NCBI GenBank assembly: GCA_029855935.1
Contig: JAGSHN010000019.1
Location: 41,216-105,215 of the forward strand
DNA: 64,000 nucleotides
Origin: Candidatus Thorarchaeota archaeon
Lineage (GTDB): Archaea; Asgardarchaeota; Thorarchaeia; Thorarchaeales; Thorarchaeaceae
Reading direction: 5' to 3'
Below the pieces are notes generated by a model that did not search any database, had not been told where the DNA came from, and saw only the letters and a program-made list of their open reading frames with translations. Positions within the stretch are counted from its first letter, which is position 1, and every line of letters begins with the position of its first letter. The translations under genes and the position numbers were made by a program. Shown piece after piece: positions 19,247 to 30,800 of this stretch.

Positions 19247-20329
19247 TCACTCGATATCGTACTCTGCGTCCGACAGTAGACCCACATTTCCCACTCGGAC
19301 GTTTGTCAGACCCGCCTCTCTTGCCACCTCGGCGGCTCTTCTTGCGTGCCTTCTGCTGGTCCTTGGAAGATCTGTCATATGGTGGTGTGGGGTGAAGCCC
19401 AGCAGGGCTGTAGGAATGGTTGGATCGCAGGATGCAATGAACTGGCACAGCTGGCGGACCTCGTGAAGACCGACGTAGCCCGGCACAAGCAGAATACTGG
19501 CCACTAGAAACTCGCCATCCCTGTTCCTTCCTCTTCCGGCGAGCGTTCTGAAGTTCTTGAGGACCAAGTCATTTCTGACGCCTGTGAGGGCGGTGTATAT
19601 CTGCGGGGAGAATGCCTTGAGGTCGAACTTGATGGTCCCTCCAGTAGACTCCACCATATCTGCGATTCTGTCGAGCCACTTGAAGGAGATGTTTCCATTG
19701 GTCTCGTAGCAGACCCGGACGAGTCGCTCCTCGTTTAGGAGGCGGGCGGTCTCCAGTGAGTGGGCTGCGTTGCACGCAGGGTCGCCCCCAAAGAAGCAGA
19801 CGCAGGCTGTGGCGGTGTCTGACACAGCGGCCAGTCCAGCAGCGGTCATCCGAGGTCGCCCTGTGACCATCATCTCCTTGTACGACTCGTTCTGACAGAA
19901 GAGGCAGTCGGAGTTGCACGAGCCGTAGAAGACTGCCAGATTCTTGAGACGTCTTCCATCGCGCGACAGCCCGCTCTTAGTAGTGACAGGGCACACCCAG
20001 TCGGCGACGCAATTTGTCGGGAGCGGGTCAAAGTACCATGAGACAATGGCCTCATCTGGATATCTCTCGACAACTCTTCCATCACGTACCGTGAAGGAAC
20101 CGCAGAAGCCAATCTCTCCCTCACTCAGCCTACAATGGTTACCGCACTCAGGACAGACATACTGCCCATCTGTCGGAGGCCTCGGAATCAGCCCCGCACG
20201 GGCCCGAAGGCTGGCGTGTGTGTCCACTGCTGTATTGACGAGGGTGCTGTCCTCTCTGTAGCACGCCCCACATCGTCCGAGGACGGATGCCGCCAGCGCC
20301 TCACGGTCCGGGTGCGCTGCACAGAACAT
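19247..20329 (-). CDS. Radical SAM protein, PFL-activase/AmmeMemoRadiSam-like
   Basis: CNSDCLFCQN (CxxxCxxC), GGDP, ETNG, FDLK; N-terminal Cys clusters. Confidence 0.88.
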   Translation of the reverse strand: MFCAAHPDREALAASVLGRCGACYREDSTLVNTAVDTHASLRARAGLIPRPPTDGQYVCPECGNHCRLSEGEIGFCGSFTVRDGRVVERYPDEAIVSWYFDPLPTNCVADWVCPVTTKSGLSRDGRRLKNLAVFYGSCNSDCLFCQNESYKEMMVTGRPRMTAAGLAAVSDTATACVCFFGGDPACNAAHSLETARLLNEERLVRVCYETNGNISFKWLDRIADMVESTGGTIKFDLKAFSPQIYTALTGVRNDLVLKNFRTLAGRGRNRDGEFLVASILLVPGYVGLHEVRQLCQFIASCDPTIPTALLGFTPHHHMTDLPRTSRRHARRAAEVAREAGLTNVRVGNVGLLSDAEYDIE

Positions 20330-20488
20330 AGTGGGCTCTGTATGCCCGGAAGCAATCTAATGTTTTGCCCTGTTCTAGGCCACTTCTTGGTGCCCCCTCC
20401 AGACGCTCAGACCGACAACGTGTCTTGCCCTTTGGTAATGGATTTAAGGCCGGAAGCAGAGTTGACCAGAGCAGTCGGTGGAACAACA

Positions 20489-21076
20489 TTGACGAGCCCT
20501 GAAACAGAGTCGGCAGTCATCATCGATGAGCCTGACACCTCGTTTGTCGAGATGATAAAGCGCACAGGTGGTCCGAACGTCCAGAACTGTTTTCAGTGCG
20601 GCACATGTAGCGGGAGCTGCCCCGCTGGGGCCCGGACGAACTATCTGGTCCGTCTGATCATAAGGAAAGCGCTGCTGGGCCTCAAAGAGGAGGTCATCTC
20701 GGCGCCAGAGCTGTGGTACTGTACCACGTGTTACACGTGTCAGGACCGCTGTCCTCAGGAGGTCAATCCGACGGACGTGATCAAGGCCATCCGCAACATT
20801 GCCGTGGCCGAGGGTTATATGCTGGACAATCACAGAAAGACCGCCGCAAAGGTCGTCGATGCTGGTCATGCTGTCCCCCTCGACAAGGACACCTGGAGAA
20901 AGCTTCGCGAGTCGGTCGGGCTTGAGCCAGTCCCGCCGAACGCCAGCGGCAATCCTTGGGCCATAGAGGAGATACGCAAGATCACGAGAAAGAGTGGCTT
21001 CGACTCACTCATCGGCTATGAGGAGATGCGTCGGGCTGCGGAGGAGAAGGCTCGCCAGAAGGCCAAGAAGGGGTGA
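20489..21076 (+). CDS. hdrC: Heterodisulfide reductase subunit C (copy 2)
   Basis: CFQCGTCSGSCP, CTTCYTCQDRCP; TTG start after GGTGG RBS and TTTAAG box (~20443). Confidence 0.92.
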   Translation: MTSPETESAVIIDEPDTSFVEMIKRTGGPNVQNCFQCGTCSGSCPAGARTNYLVRLIIRKALLGLKEEVISAPELWYCTTCYTCQDRCPQEVNPTDVIKAIRNIAVAEGYMLDNHRKTAAKVVDAGHAVPLDKDTWRKLRESVGLEPVPPNASGNPWAIEEIRKITRKSGFDSLIGYEEMRRAAEEKARQKAKKG

Positions 21077-21084
21077 TTTCACGG

Positions 21085-21999
21085 ATGGCACGGCCCAAAT
21101 TCTATCACTTCTTGGGATGCATCATCCCGCACAGATATCCCAGCATCGAGAGAGCTGCGAGGCTCGTCTTTGAGGACCTCGGTGTCGAGCTTCTCGATAT
21201 GGTGGGCGCGACGTGCTGTCCCGCCCCGGGTGTGTTCGGCTCTTTCGACCGCGTGACGTGGGCCAGCATTGCAGCGCGCAATCTCACCATTGCTGAGGCT
21301 GGTGGTCATCCGATCACTACTGGCTGCAACGGCTGTTTCGCGAGCCTTTGGGACGCGAACCATGAACTGCACGTGGACGAGGAGCTTCGGAAGAGGGTCA
21401 ACGAGAACCTTGCCGAGATTGGACGCGAGTTCAAAGGCACTATTGAGGTCACCCACTATGTCGATGTGCTTGTGAACACCGTGGGTCTGGATGAGGTGCG
21501 CCGACACGTGGTCCGTCCCCTTGAGGGTGTCAGGATGGCACTTCATCCCGGTTGTCACTGGATGCGTCCGCGCGCACTGAAGAAGAAGGACAATTCTGAG
21601 CGACCACGCATATTTCGCGAGCTCTGCGAGACCTCGGGCGCTGAGTACGTTCCCTACAAGGACGAACTGATATGCTGTGGCGCAGGTGGTGCCGTAAGGA
21701 CCGCGGATCTCAAGGTGTCACTTGACTTTACAAAGCAGAAGTTCGAGAGCATAGAGGAGGCGGGTGGCGCCGACATAATCGTCACGCCTTGCCCGTTCTG
21801 CGAACTTCAACTCGACCTAGGCCAAGTCGAGATTCAGAAGAACTTCGGAGTGGAGTTCACATACGATGTTCTTCACGTGATGGAGCTTCTTGCTCTCGCG
21901 TTCGGTCATGAGCCCGGTGAGTTTGGACTGAAGACGCACCTGCAGTATCTGCAGCGGAAGTCGGAGCCACGCTGGGAGCGTCTGGGTGTCAAGGCGTAA
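21085..21999 (+). CDS. hdrB: Heterodisulfide reductase subunit B (copy 2)
   Basis: FLGC, TCCPAPG, CNGC, HPGCH, CCGAGG, CPFC. Confidence 0.93.
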   Translation: MARPKFYHFLGCIIPHRYPSIERAARLVFEDLGVELLDMVGATCCPAPGVFGSFDRVTWASIAARNLTIAEAGGHPITTGCNGCFASLWDANHELHVDEELRKRVNENLAEIGREFKGTIEVTHYVDVLVNTVGLDEVRRHVVRPLEGVRMALHPGCHWMRPRALKKKDNSERPRIFRELCETSGAEYVPYKDELICCGAGGAVRTADLKVSLDFTKQKFESIEEAGGADIIVTPCPFCELQLDLGQVEIQKNFGVEFTYDVLHVMELLALAFGHEPGEFGLKTHLQYLQRKSEPRWERLGVKA

Positions 22000-22388
22000 T
22001 AAATGCGTAGAGAGGCAGAGTCTCGACCCTGGGGCCTACCTCTCTGCCTCACCTCAGGTAATCACTCGGTGTCAGTCGCTATCAGGCGATGACTGAGTCT
22101 GCACCTCCACTCGTGCAAGATCTGTCTCCTCCTCGTAGGTCCGGCCATTGGACCTACACCGAGAGAGATACGCACGCGTATACCTTCTCGTCGCTCTCAT
22201 CTGTCTGCGTCCCAACAGGTATTCTTGACCTCATCATATAGAAATCCTTCGGACTCGAAAGGCCTGTCTAGTCTTTGTCACACTGCTCTGATGATGTGTC
22301 ACAGGACCTCAGACGCACGGCGCGACAACTAACCTTTTATCGTGCAAATTCGACCACTGAGGCTATCACGGACGGAGTGACCTCAGAT

Positions 22389-25300
22389 ATGGCGGCGACT
22401 GCAACCAAGCCGGTCGTTGTGATCGGCGCAGGGATTGCTGGCATCAGAGCAGCGCTCGACCTTGCGGACACAGGCATCAAGGTCTATCTTGTGGAGCGAA
22501 ATCCGTCGATTGGCGGCCACATGTCACAGCTTGACAAGACCTTTCCGACCCTTGACTGCAGCATGTGTATAATGGGTCCGTGGATGGTCGACTGTTCACG
22601 GCACCCCAATATCGAGATACTCTCCTATTCCGAGGTCGTCGAGGTATCTGGTCAGCGTGGTGACTTCAAGGTCCGCGTGCTGAGGCACAATCGTCGTGTG
22701 GACCCTGACAGGTGCACTGGCTGCGGCGACTGTCAGCGAGTCTGTCCAATCGAGGTGCCAAACGAGTACGACCTTGGCCTAAAGATGCGAAAGGCCGCCT
22801 ACATCCCCTTTGCCCAAGCAGTCCCGAATGTCGCGACCATTGACATTGACAATTGTATACAGTGCATGATGTGCGTCAAGACCTGCAAGGCTGACGCCAT
22901 AGACTTTGATATGAAAGACGAGGAGATGGAGATTGAGGCGGCGTCCATAATTGTCAGTACAGGATACGAGCTACTTGATCCGGCCACTGTGCCTGAGTAT
23001 GGTTATGGCCGTTTTGCCAACGTGGTCACTGCGCTTGAGTATGAACGGATGGTCTCGGCCAGTGGTCCCACAGGCGGTGTTGTGGTACGTCCGTCCGATG
23101 GACGGGAGCCACACACGATTGCGTTTGTCCAGTGTGTTGGGTCAAGAGATGTTAATCACTGCTCTTACTGTTCGAGAATCTGCTGCACGTACGCGACGAA
23201 GGAGGCGATAATCACCAAGGAGCACACTCCTGAGGTGCATATCGACATAATGTACAACGACCTCCGCGCTTTCGGAAAGGGCTTCGAAGAGTTCTTGGTC
23301 CGTGGAAAGAGAGACTACGGTATCAACTACGTGAAAGGACTTCCGAGTGAGATACTTGAGGACCCGGAAACGCGTGACCTGATTGTGCGTCACGTTGATG
23401 CAACAGGTCGCAAGGTCGTGGCAGAACGATATGACCTCGTCGTGCTATGTCCCGCAATAGTTCCAACGGACAATCAAGAGCTGTTTGACAGGCTTGGCGT
23501 GAAGGTGGACGCCAACGGCTTCGTCACAGTTCCTGACTCCTCCATCGAGACAGTGGGTACGACCGTTCCCGGAATCTATGTGGCTGGTGCCACAGAGGCC
23601 CCTAAGGACATTCCGGACTCTGTTGCGCACGCAAGCGCCGCGGCCGCCCTGTCCATCCTCGACAACTCGCTCCCGCCGCCGACGACTACTACCGAGTCTG
23701 TCCCCGCCAAGGCAGAGGAGGCCGTTGCAGACCCGCGAATTGGGGTGTTCGTGTGTTCGTGTGGGATAAACATCGCTGGTGTCGTGGATGTTGCTGATGT
23801 CACTCAGTACGCCTCCACCCTGCCGAACGTTGTGTACTCAGAGAACCTGCTCTATGCGTGTTCGTCGGACTCGCAAGAGGTGATCAAGGAGGCAATCAAG
23901 GAGCACGGTCTGACACGTGTCATTGTCGCGTCGTGTACACCACGGACGCATGAGCCGCTCTTCCGGGCGACGGTCGAGGAGGCTGGTCTGAACAAATACC
24001 TATTCGAGATGGCAAACATCCGGGAACACTGCTCGTGGATTCATCAGAGCGCCAAGGACGAGGCGACTGAGAAGGCCAAAGACCTTGTCAGGATGGCCGT
24101 GGCTCGGGCACAGCTCCTAGAGCCTCAGGAGGAGGCCACGACCCCCGTGGAGGGCGCAGCCCTCATCATCGGTGCAGGTGTCACCGGGATGTCCGCTGCG
24201 GAGCTCATTGCGGAGAAGGGCTTCAAGGTCTACCTTGTCGACAAGAGTGAGCGTGTGGGAGGACTCCTCAATCATCTGGCCACTGTGAACTTCGACTATA
24301 CTCCCTCAACAGAGATAATCAGTTCCCTGCAGCAGAGGGTGGTCGACAATCCGAACATAGAGATTCTGCTGGGCTCTGAGGTCGTAGACAATCGAGGCTC
24401 GGTCGGAGACTTCAACGTCACAATCCGTACCCCCAATGGCCTGCGCGACCTCAAGGTGGGCGTTGTGATAATCGCCACCGGTGCCGTGCCACTCGATGAG
24501 AAGGGTCTCTTTGGTCTTCACGAGCTGCCGGGTGTGATGACAGAGGTCGACCTGAGCCAGAAGATCGCCTCCGGCGAGGACATCAAGGATGGCGATACGT
24601 TTGCGGTCATTCATTGCGCCGGGTCTCGCGAGGACGAGTCGATAGAGGGGGCAAGGACATGGTGTTCCTCCATCTGCTGTACAGTGGCGCTGGAACATAC
24701 GCTTGAGCTACTGGAGAAGTATCCCAACTCGCGGGTGTTCCACTTCTATCGTGACCTCAGGGTGTCATACGACGGCGAGGACAAGTACCGCGAGGCACGG
24801 AAGAAGGGCGTCATCTTCATGAGATACGACAGGGATGACCCTCCCGTCGTCACTGAGGGCAAGGAGCGGAGGCTGCGTGTCGAGGCCTTTGACCTCCTGC
24901 TGGGAGCCCGTGTCGGTGTGGAGGTTGACCATGTAGTTCTCGCCACAGCGATGATACCCCCCTCTGGCAACAAGCAGGTATCGGAGCTGTTCAAGACCCC
25001 ACTCAATACCTCAGGATTCTTCATGGAGGCCCATCCGAAGCTACGCCCTGTCGACTCTCAGACGGATGGCATCTTCGTGGCAGGAACAGCAACGGCACCA
25101 AAGCGCATCCACGAGAGTATCATCCAGGGTCGGGCGGCGGCCGCCCGGGCGCTTGTACCTCTGGTGAACGGCGTGCGCAAAGCCGAGGCGATAGTGTCGG
25201 TGGTCGACCCCGACATCTGTGTCGGCTGTGGAACCTGTGAGATCAACTGCGCCTTTGGTGCCATCGAGGTCGTTCCCGGTCAGGGTGGTCATGACTATGC

Positions 25301-25847
25301 TGTGTCGAATCCGGTACTGTGTCAGGGCTGCGGGAAGTGTGCCGCTGGCTGTCCGGCTGGCGCCATCACAATGAAACACTTCACCGATGACCAGATCTTC
25401 GCTCAGATGCGCGCGGCCATCGAGGACATCCCTCCGACTGAACTGAGAATTCTCACCATTGTCTGTAACTGGTGCAGCTATGCAGGGGCGGACAGTGCGG
25501 GTGTGGCACGACTTCAGCAGCCCCCCTCCGTACGCGACATCCGTGTGATGTGCACTGGTAGGATAAGCGTCACACATCTTCTTGAGGCCTTCCGGTTGGG
25601 TGCCGATATGGTCTGGGTCTCCGGTTGTCATGTTGGCGACTGCCACTACGTTGATGGAAACTTGGCCTTTGACAGGCGATTCAGGATCGCACGAAAGATA
25701 CTCGAGAAGGCCGGTCTGGAGCCCGAGAGGCTCCAGTTCACGCACATCAGCGCAAGTGAGGGTGCGGCGTGGGCCGATGCTGTCCGTAGGATGACGGAGC
25801 TGGTGGAACGACTTGGGCCGAGCCCGTTACGTCGGAGAGGCGGATGA
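22389..25847 (+). CDS. hdrA: Tandem HdrA-HdrA-MvhD fusion flavoprotein
   Basis: Two FAD motifs (GAGIAG, GAGVTG), LDKTFPTLDC, CVGSR..CSRICC, ferredoxin motifs, C-terminal MvhD (CNWCSYAGAD, VMCTGR, GCHVGDCHY). Confidence 0.93.
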   Translation: MAATATKPVVVIGAGIAGIRAALDLADTGIKVYLVERNPSIGGHMSQLDKTFPTLDCSMCIMGPWMVDCSRHPNIEILSYSEVVEVSGQRGDFKVRVLRHNRRVDPDRCTGCGDCQRVCPIEVPNEYDLGLKMRKAAYIPFAQAVPNVATIDIDNCIQCMMCVKTCKADAIDFDMKDEEMEIEAASIIVSTGYELLDPATVPEYGYGRFANVVTALEYERMVSASGPTGGVVVRPSDGREPHTIAFVQCVGSRDVNHCSYCSRICCTYATKEAIITKEHTPEVHIDIMYNDLRAFGKGFEEFLVRGKRDYGINYVKGLPSEILEDPETRDLIVRHVDATGRKVVAERYDLVVLCPAIVPTDNQELFDRLGVKVDANGFVTVPDSSIETVGTTVPGIYVAGATEAPKDIPDSVAHASAAAALSILDNSLPPPTTTTESVPAKAEEAVADPRIGVFVCSCGINIAGVVDVADVTQYASTLPNVVYSENLLYACSSDSQEVIKEAIKEHGLTRVIVASCTPRTHEPLFRATVEEAGLNKYLFEMANIREHCSWIHQSAKDEATEKAKDLVRMAVARAQLLEPQEEATTPVEGAALIIGAGVTGMSAAELIAEKGFKVYLVDKSERVGGLLNHLATVNFDYTPSTEIISSLQQRVVDNPNIEILLGSEVVDNRGSVGDFNVTIRTPNGLRDLKVGVVIIATGAVPLDEKGLFGLHELPGVMTEVDLSQKIASGEDIKDGDTFAVIHCAGSREDESIEGARTWCSSICCTVALEHTLELLEKYPNSRVFHFYRDLRVSYDGEDKYREARKKGVIFMRYDRDDPPVVTEGKERRLRVEAFDLLLGARVGVEVDHVVLATAMIPPSGNKQVSELFKTPLNTSGFFMEAHPKLRPVDSQTDGIFVAGTATAPKRIHESIIQGRAAAARALVPLVNGVRKAEAIVSVVDPDICVGCGTCEINCAFGAIEVVPGQGGHDYAVSNPVLCQGCGKCAAGCPAGAITMKHFTDDQIFAQMRAAIEDIPPTELRILTIVCNWCSYAGADSAGVARLQQPPSVRDIRVMCTGRISVTHLLEAFRLGADMVWVSGCHVGDCHYVDGNLAFDRRFRIARKILEKAGLEPERLQFTHISASEGAAWADAVRRMTELVERLGPSPLRRRGG

Positions 25848-25860
25848 TGAGGTGACAGAC

Positions 25861-26400
25861 GTGAGCGATGAGACGTGGGGTCAGTTCAAGACCTTTGAGA
25901 ACGCGGTCTTTGAGGCCTTTGACAGCGAGTTCACAAGAGAGGCGTCGAGACTCATCGGAGGCCAGGATCTCCAAGCCTGCTTCCAGTGTACGAAGTGCAG
26001 TGCCGGCTGCCCGGTGAGCGACAAGGTCAACGTACAGGTGCACGAGTTGATGCGGATGCTCGTGCTGGGCCTACGGGAGGTCCTTGAGACGGACATGGTG
26101 TGGCTCTGCACGACGTGCTATACCTGCCAGGAGCGGTGTCCTCAGGGCATCCACATCACCGACATAATCTTCGGCCTCAAGAATATGGCCTTCAGGCGCG
26201 GCATTGCCCCGCCCGGATATCTCGCTGCGCGCGAGGGGCTCTACAACACGGGGCGTCTGTACGAGCCCACAGAGTGGGAACGAGAGGACCTCGATCTGGA
26301 TCCGGTCCCGGAGTTCGACATAGATGACATCCAGACACTGTTCGAGGCGACAGGTCTGATGGGCCTCGGGAAGGGGAAGAAGAAGGCGGGGGGCGAGTGA
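25861..26400 (+). CDS. hdrC: Heterodisulfide reductase subunit C (copy 3)
   Basis: CFQCTKCSAGCP, CTTCYTCQERCP; GTG start after GAGGTGA. Confidence 0.9.
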   Translation: MSDETWGQFKTFENAVFEAFDSEFTREASRLIGGQDLQACFQCTKCSAGCPVSDKVNVQVHELMRMLVLGLREVLETDMVWLCTTCYTCQERCPQGIHITDIIFGLKNMAFRRGIAPPGYLAAREGLYNTGRLYEPTEWEREDLDLDPVPEFDIDDIQTLFEATGLMGLGKGKKKAGGE

Positions 26401-26401
26401 G

Positions 26402-27277
26402 ATGGGTGAACAGTACGAGGTATTTCTTGGCTGCGCCATTCCAAGCCGGTTCAACAACTATGAGAGCTCTATGCGAGCTGTTGCAGAGGCTCTTGACATC
26501 GAGCTACTCGACTTTGAGGGCGCCTCGTGTTGTGGGACTGTTGTGCTCAAGTCCATAGACGAAACGAGTTGGCTGGCCCTGTCTGGCCGGAATCTCGCTC
26601 TGGCCGAGAGCCGTGGTCACAACGTCGTGACACCCTGCAACGGGTGCTATGGTTCTCTCAGGGACACGCATCATGTGCTCACCGAGAACGAGGAGCATCG
26701 CAATACAATCAACAAGGTCCTGGGCAAGCTCGGACTGGAGTTCAAGGGATCGGTGCAGGTGCGTCACTTTGTCGAGGTGCTGTACGACCTGCGTGATAGA
26801 ATCAGGGAGAGGATTGTGAGGCCTCTGGAGGGACTACGTATCGCCTTCCATCCGGGTTGCCATCTCATCCGCCCGTCCAATGTCACTGGGTTCGACGATC
26901 CGGAGCTACCGCGTAAGGTCGATGAGCTGTTAGAACTGACAGGCGCGAAGAGCATATACTGGCCGCTGAAGCTGAGATGCTGTGGCTCTCCTCTCCTCAT
27001 TGCGAGTGAGGATGTCGCGATGAGAATACTCCGCGAGAAGATGCAGTCCGCAAAGGACTCCGGTGCCAATTGTGTGGTGACGAACTGTCCCGCCTGTCAC
27101 ACACAGTTTGATGTCCAGGCATTGGGCCTGACGAATGAGGCGGGCGAGTCGCTGGAGCTTCCGGCTCTTTTTGTCACGCAGGTGCTGGGCCTCGCGATGG
27201 GTCTCGATCCTGAGCCTCTAGGCCTTGATCTGAACAGGGTCCCGCTCGACCCCATTGCAGATATCCTGGGCATCTGA
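26402..27277 (+). CDS. hdrB: Heterodisulfide reductase subunit B (copy 3, divergent)
   Basis: FLGC, SCCGT, PCNGC, HPGCH, CCGS, NCPAC. Confidence 0.9.
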   Translation: MGEQYEVFLGCAIPSRFNNYESSMRAVAEALDIELLDFEGASCCGTVVLKSIDETSWLALSGRNLALAESRGHNVVTPCNGCYGSLRDTHHVLTENEEHRNTINKVLGKLGLEFKGSVQVRHFVEVLYDLRDRIRERIVRPLEGLRIAFHPGCHLIRPSNVTGFDDPELPRKVDELLELTGAKSIYWPLKLRCCGSPLLIASEDVAMRILREKMQSAKDSGANCVVTNCPACHTQFDVQALGLTNEAGESLELPALFVTQVLGLAMGLDPEPLGLDLNRVPLDPIADILGI

Positions 27278-27302
27278 GTGGAAATCGTCGACGCGTTTCT
27301 AT

Positions 27303-27884
27303 TCACTCTGCCGGCTCAGTCTGGAGTTTGCTCTCTCCGTAGAAGAGCTCCCCAATCTGTCTCATTGCATCCCTGACACATTCTCTCTTCCCACTGACGA
27401 GGAGGTGTCTGTCGCCATCAAGGCATATCAGGACCCTGCAGTGCTCGGCGAGTTCGGAGATCACCTCGACGGGTATGTCCTCCGGGAGACGTATCCTGAA
27501 GAATCCCACATCCTTCTCACGGGGCAGCTCCGTGATTGGCGTGGTCGGCTCCTGCTCTGGCAACGGGACCTCACCGTGCAGGGCGGCGTCAAAGCGCTCC
27601 TCCCACGATCTGCGATACTCCACCCCACCGCTCTCCTCGGCCCAGACCATCAGCATCTCGCGCAGTGAGTAGATCTTCTCCTCCATCTCAGTCCTCAACT
27701 GAGCATCAGCACCCTCTGTGGCACTGATGACATCCCTGTACGATCGCAGGTACTCAATGACCATCTTGCTATTGCGAAGGTCAGCATAGGTCAGGCTCGG
27801 TATGAAGACGCCTCTCTTCGTGAGCTCGCCCAGTAGGTCGTTGAGAACGACCCAGCACGCGGCGAGCTCCTCTATAGACACCAT
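27303..27884 (-). CDS. DUF2096-like protein
   Basis: WVVLNDLLGEL...DLRNSK...FFRIRLP pattern; directly downstream of hdrA. Confidence 0.7.
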   Translation of the reverse strand: MVSIEELAACWVVLNDLLGELTKRGVFIPSLTYADLRNSKMVIEYLRSYRDVISATEGADAQLRTEMEEKIYSLREMLMVWAEESGGVEYRRSWEERFDAALHGEVPLPEQEPTTPITELPREKDVGFFRIRLPEDIPVEVISELAEHCRVLICLDGDRHLLVSGKRECVRDAMRQIGELFYGESKLQTEPAE

Positions 27885-27894
27885 TGCTACTCAC

Positions 27895-30800
27895 TCACTC
27901 CCGCAGCATCTCGGCAATCTGCTCCATGTAGCTCTTCTCGCGCCACCATCTGAGGTCACGCGCGCCAGTCGGGCATATAGCTGCACAGGCGCCACAGCCT
28001 TGGCATCGCATCTCATCAGTGACGCTCTTCTTCACTCCGGGAGCCACCTCTATCATGCTGATTGCGTCATAGGGGCATATCTCGGAGTAGTGGCACAGGT
28101 CACAGCCGACACACAGTTCCTCGTCGACCACTGCCGTGAGCAGCTCTATGTCGACCTTTCCGAGAGTCAGCGGAACGACCGCCTGACTCGCTGCGCCTCT
28201 TGCCTGATTCACCGAGTCAGAGACGTTCTTTGCATAGGTCACTCCGAGAAAGACTCCTGGGACGGTGGTCTCCACGGGCCTGAACTTCATATGCATCTCT
28301 GCGAGGAACCCGTCCTGTCCTCTGTTGATACCAAGGGCCTTGACAAGGTCATTGACATCGTGTGGCGCCTCGAGTCCGAGAGCAAGGACGACCATATCAG
28401 ACTTGATCTTGAATGTCTTCTGTGTGAGAGTGTCGTAGATGGTCACAATGGCGCCGTCGCCATCCGGGTCTCTATCAACAGTCACAGGACGTTCTCGCAC
28501 CCAGCGCAGATAGGTGATCCCCATCTGCCTGTTCCCGCGCCACATCTCCTCCATCTTGTTGCCGAACGGCCGTATGTGTTCCTTGTAGGCCGAGAAGATT
28601 CTGATGTCCGGGAACTTCTCCTTGAGTTCTCTCTGGAGCGTGATCACAGCCGAACAGCAGACGCGTGAGCAGTACCTATTGCCCTCTCCCGGGTTCTGTC
28701 TCGATCCGACGCAGTGAATGAAGACAGGGTTCTTGGGTGGAGTCTTCAACTCACCGTTACGTAGCCGCCGCTCCAGCTCCAGAGTCGTGATGACAGCCGG
28801 CACCTCGCCCCAGCCATATTCGCCCTGCTTCGGTTCGTACGTGTCAGTGCCAACGGTGATGACAACCGTGCCGACACGATAGGTTGTTCGTTCTCCAGTC
28901 TCGACGTTCTCGACAGTGATGTCATAGTTACCATAGCTGCCGTCACGTGCCACTGGCTTGGACTTGAACACGACCTCAATGCGTCTATTGCGCTCAATCC
29001 TACCGACAAGGTCCTCCACTATCTCACTTGCGGGCGTGAGGTCCGGGAAGAGGCGATACAGCTCGTTAAGGCGTCCGCCAAGTCTGTCGGTCTTCTCTAC
29101 AAGGACGACATCGAATCCCTTCTTCGCAATGTCCAGTGCGGCAGTCATCCCCGAAACGCCGCCACCGATGACCATCACGCGTCGGGTGACCTCAACGGTC
29201 TTGACGGGGACTTCCTCGTTGTTGATGGCCTTGGCGACACCACTGCGGATCATATCCTGCGCCTTCTCCTGACGCACTTCCGGTGGCGCGTGAGCGTTGA
29301 CTAGGGCCAACTGCTCCCGCAGGCCAACGGGGCCGACGAGGTAGTATCCCGATAGCCCTGCTCTCTCAAGGGCGCGTCTGAACGTCTGCTCGTGCTGGAG
29401 CGGCGAGCAGGAGCCGACGACGACCCGATTGAGCTTATGTTCCTTGATGGCCTCTGTTATCAGTTCTTGTCCTGGGTCACTGCACATGAAGAGATAGTCA
29501 GTACTGTATACCACATGCGGGAGGCTCTTCGCCCACTCAGCCAGCCCTGGCGAGTCGATGACATTACCGATGATGCCACCGCAGTGGCAGATGAACACGC
29601 CGACCCTTGGCTCATCGCCGACCTCTATGGGCTCGATATCAGGTGGAGGCGCTGGCTCCGGGAGCGGGAGAATTGAATTGGCCACCATTGCCACACCCTT
29701 GCCCTCATTGACCGTGTCAGTGCCATCGCGTGGGCCATGGGCGCAGCCTGCGACGTAGATGCCGGGGCGTGTTGTCTCAAGGGCTGCAGTATTGGGGTGT
29801 CTCTCCTTTATCCATCCATTCTCATCAATCTCTATCTTTAGTAGCTTTGCAAGCTCCTCGTGACCCTGATTGGGACGGAAACTCGAGTTAAGCACAACCA
29901 TCGAGATCTTCTCTAGCTCCTTTATCTCGCCAGTCTCCGTGTCCTCAATCTTGACGAAGAGGTCGTGCGTGTCTGGGTCCTCTGAGATCTCGGCGACGCG
30001 GCCTCGGATGAACTTGATGCCCTGATTGTGCTGGGAGTCCCAGAGGAACTCCTCAAGGGCCTTACCCGCCGTCCGCAGGTCCATGTAGGTGTAGATTATC
30101 TCACAGTGGTCCTCCGGATAGTGCATCCTTGTGACCTGTGCCAACTTCAGTCCAAAGGAGCAACACACTCTGTTGCAGTGCTGGCTGTATCCCTGAATCT
30201 CCCCTCGCACGTCTCTGCTGCCTACACAGTTGATGAACAGTATCCTCTCGGGCTCTCTGCCATCGGAGGGTCTCACCATGTGAGCATCGGTGGGTCCTGT
30301 TGGATGCGACATTCTATCGTACTCAAGACTGGTGACGACATTGGGGAAGATGCCATACCCGTACTCCCCGTAGTCTAGGGGCTTGTATTCCTGGAACCCT
30401 GTGGCCACGATGATGGCGCCAACCTTCAGGTCGATGAGCTTGTCCTTGTCGTCGTAATTGATACAATCCTGTGGGCAGACGCCTGCACAGGTCCCACAGC
30501 CTATACATGCCTCCCTGTCGATTGTTGCAATGAGCGGGACCTGCTGTGGGAAGTTCATATAGATGGCCTTTCGCAATGACAGACCGTGATTGTACTCATC
30601 TGGTACCTCTACGGGGCACGCCCGGATGCACATCTGGCAACCAGTACACTTCTCCTCGTCGACGTATCGAGCCCTCTTTCTTATGGTGACGGTGAAATTA
30701 CCCTTTGAGCCCCTGACTTTCTCCACAGTCGAGAGTGCGTAGATTGTGATGTTTGGATGCTTGCCCACGAATGATGTCAGCGGTGTCATCACGCAGGCCG

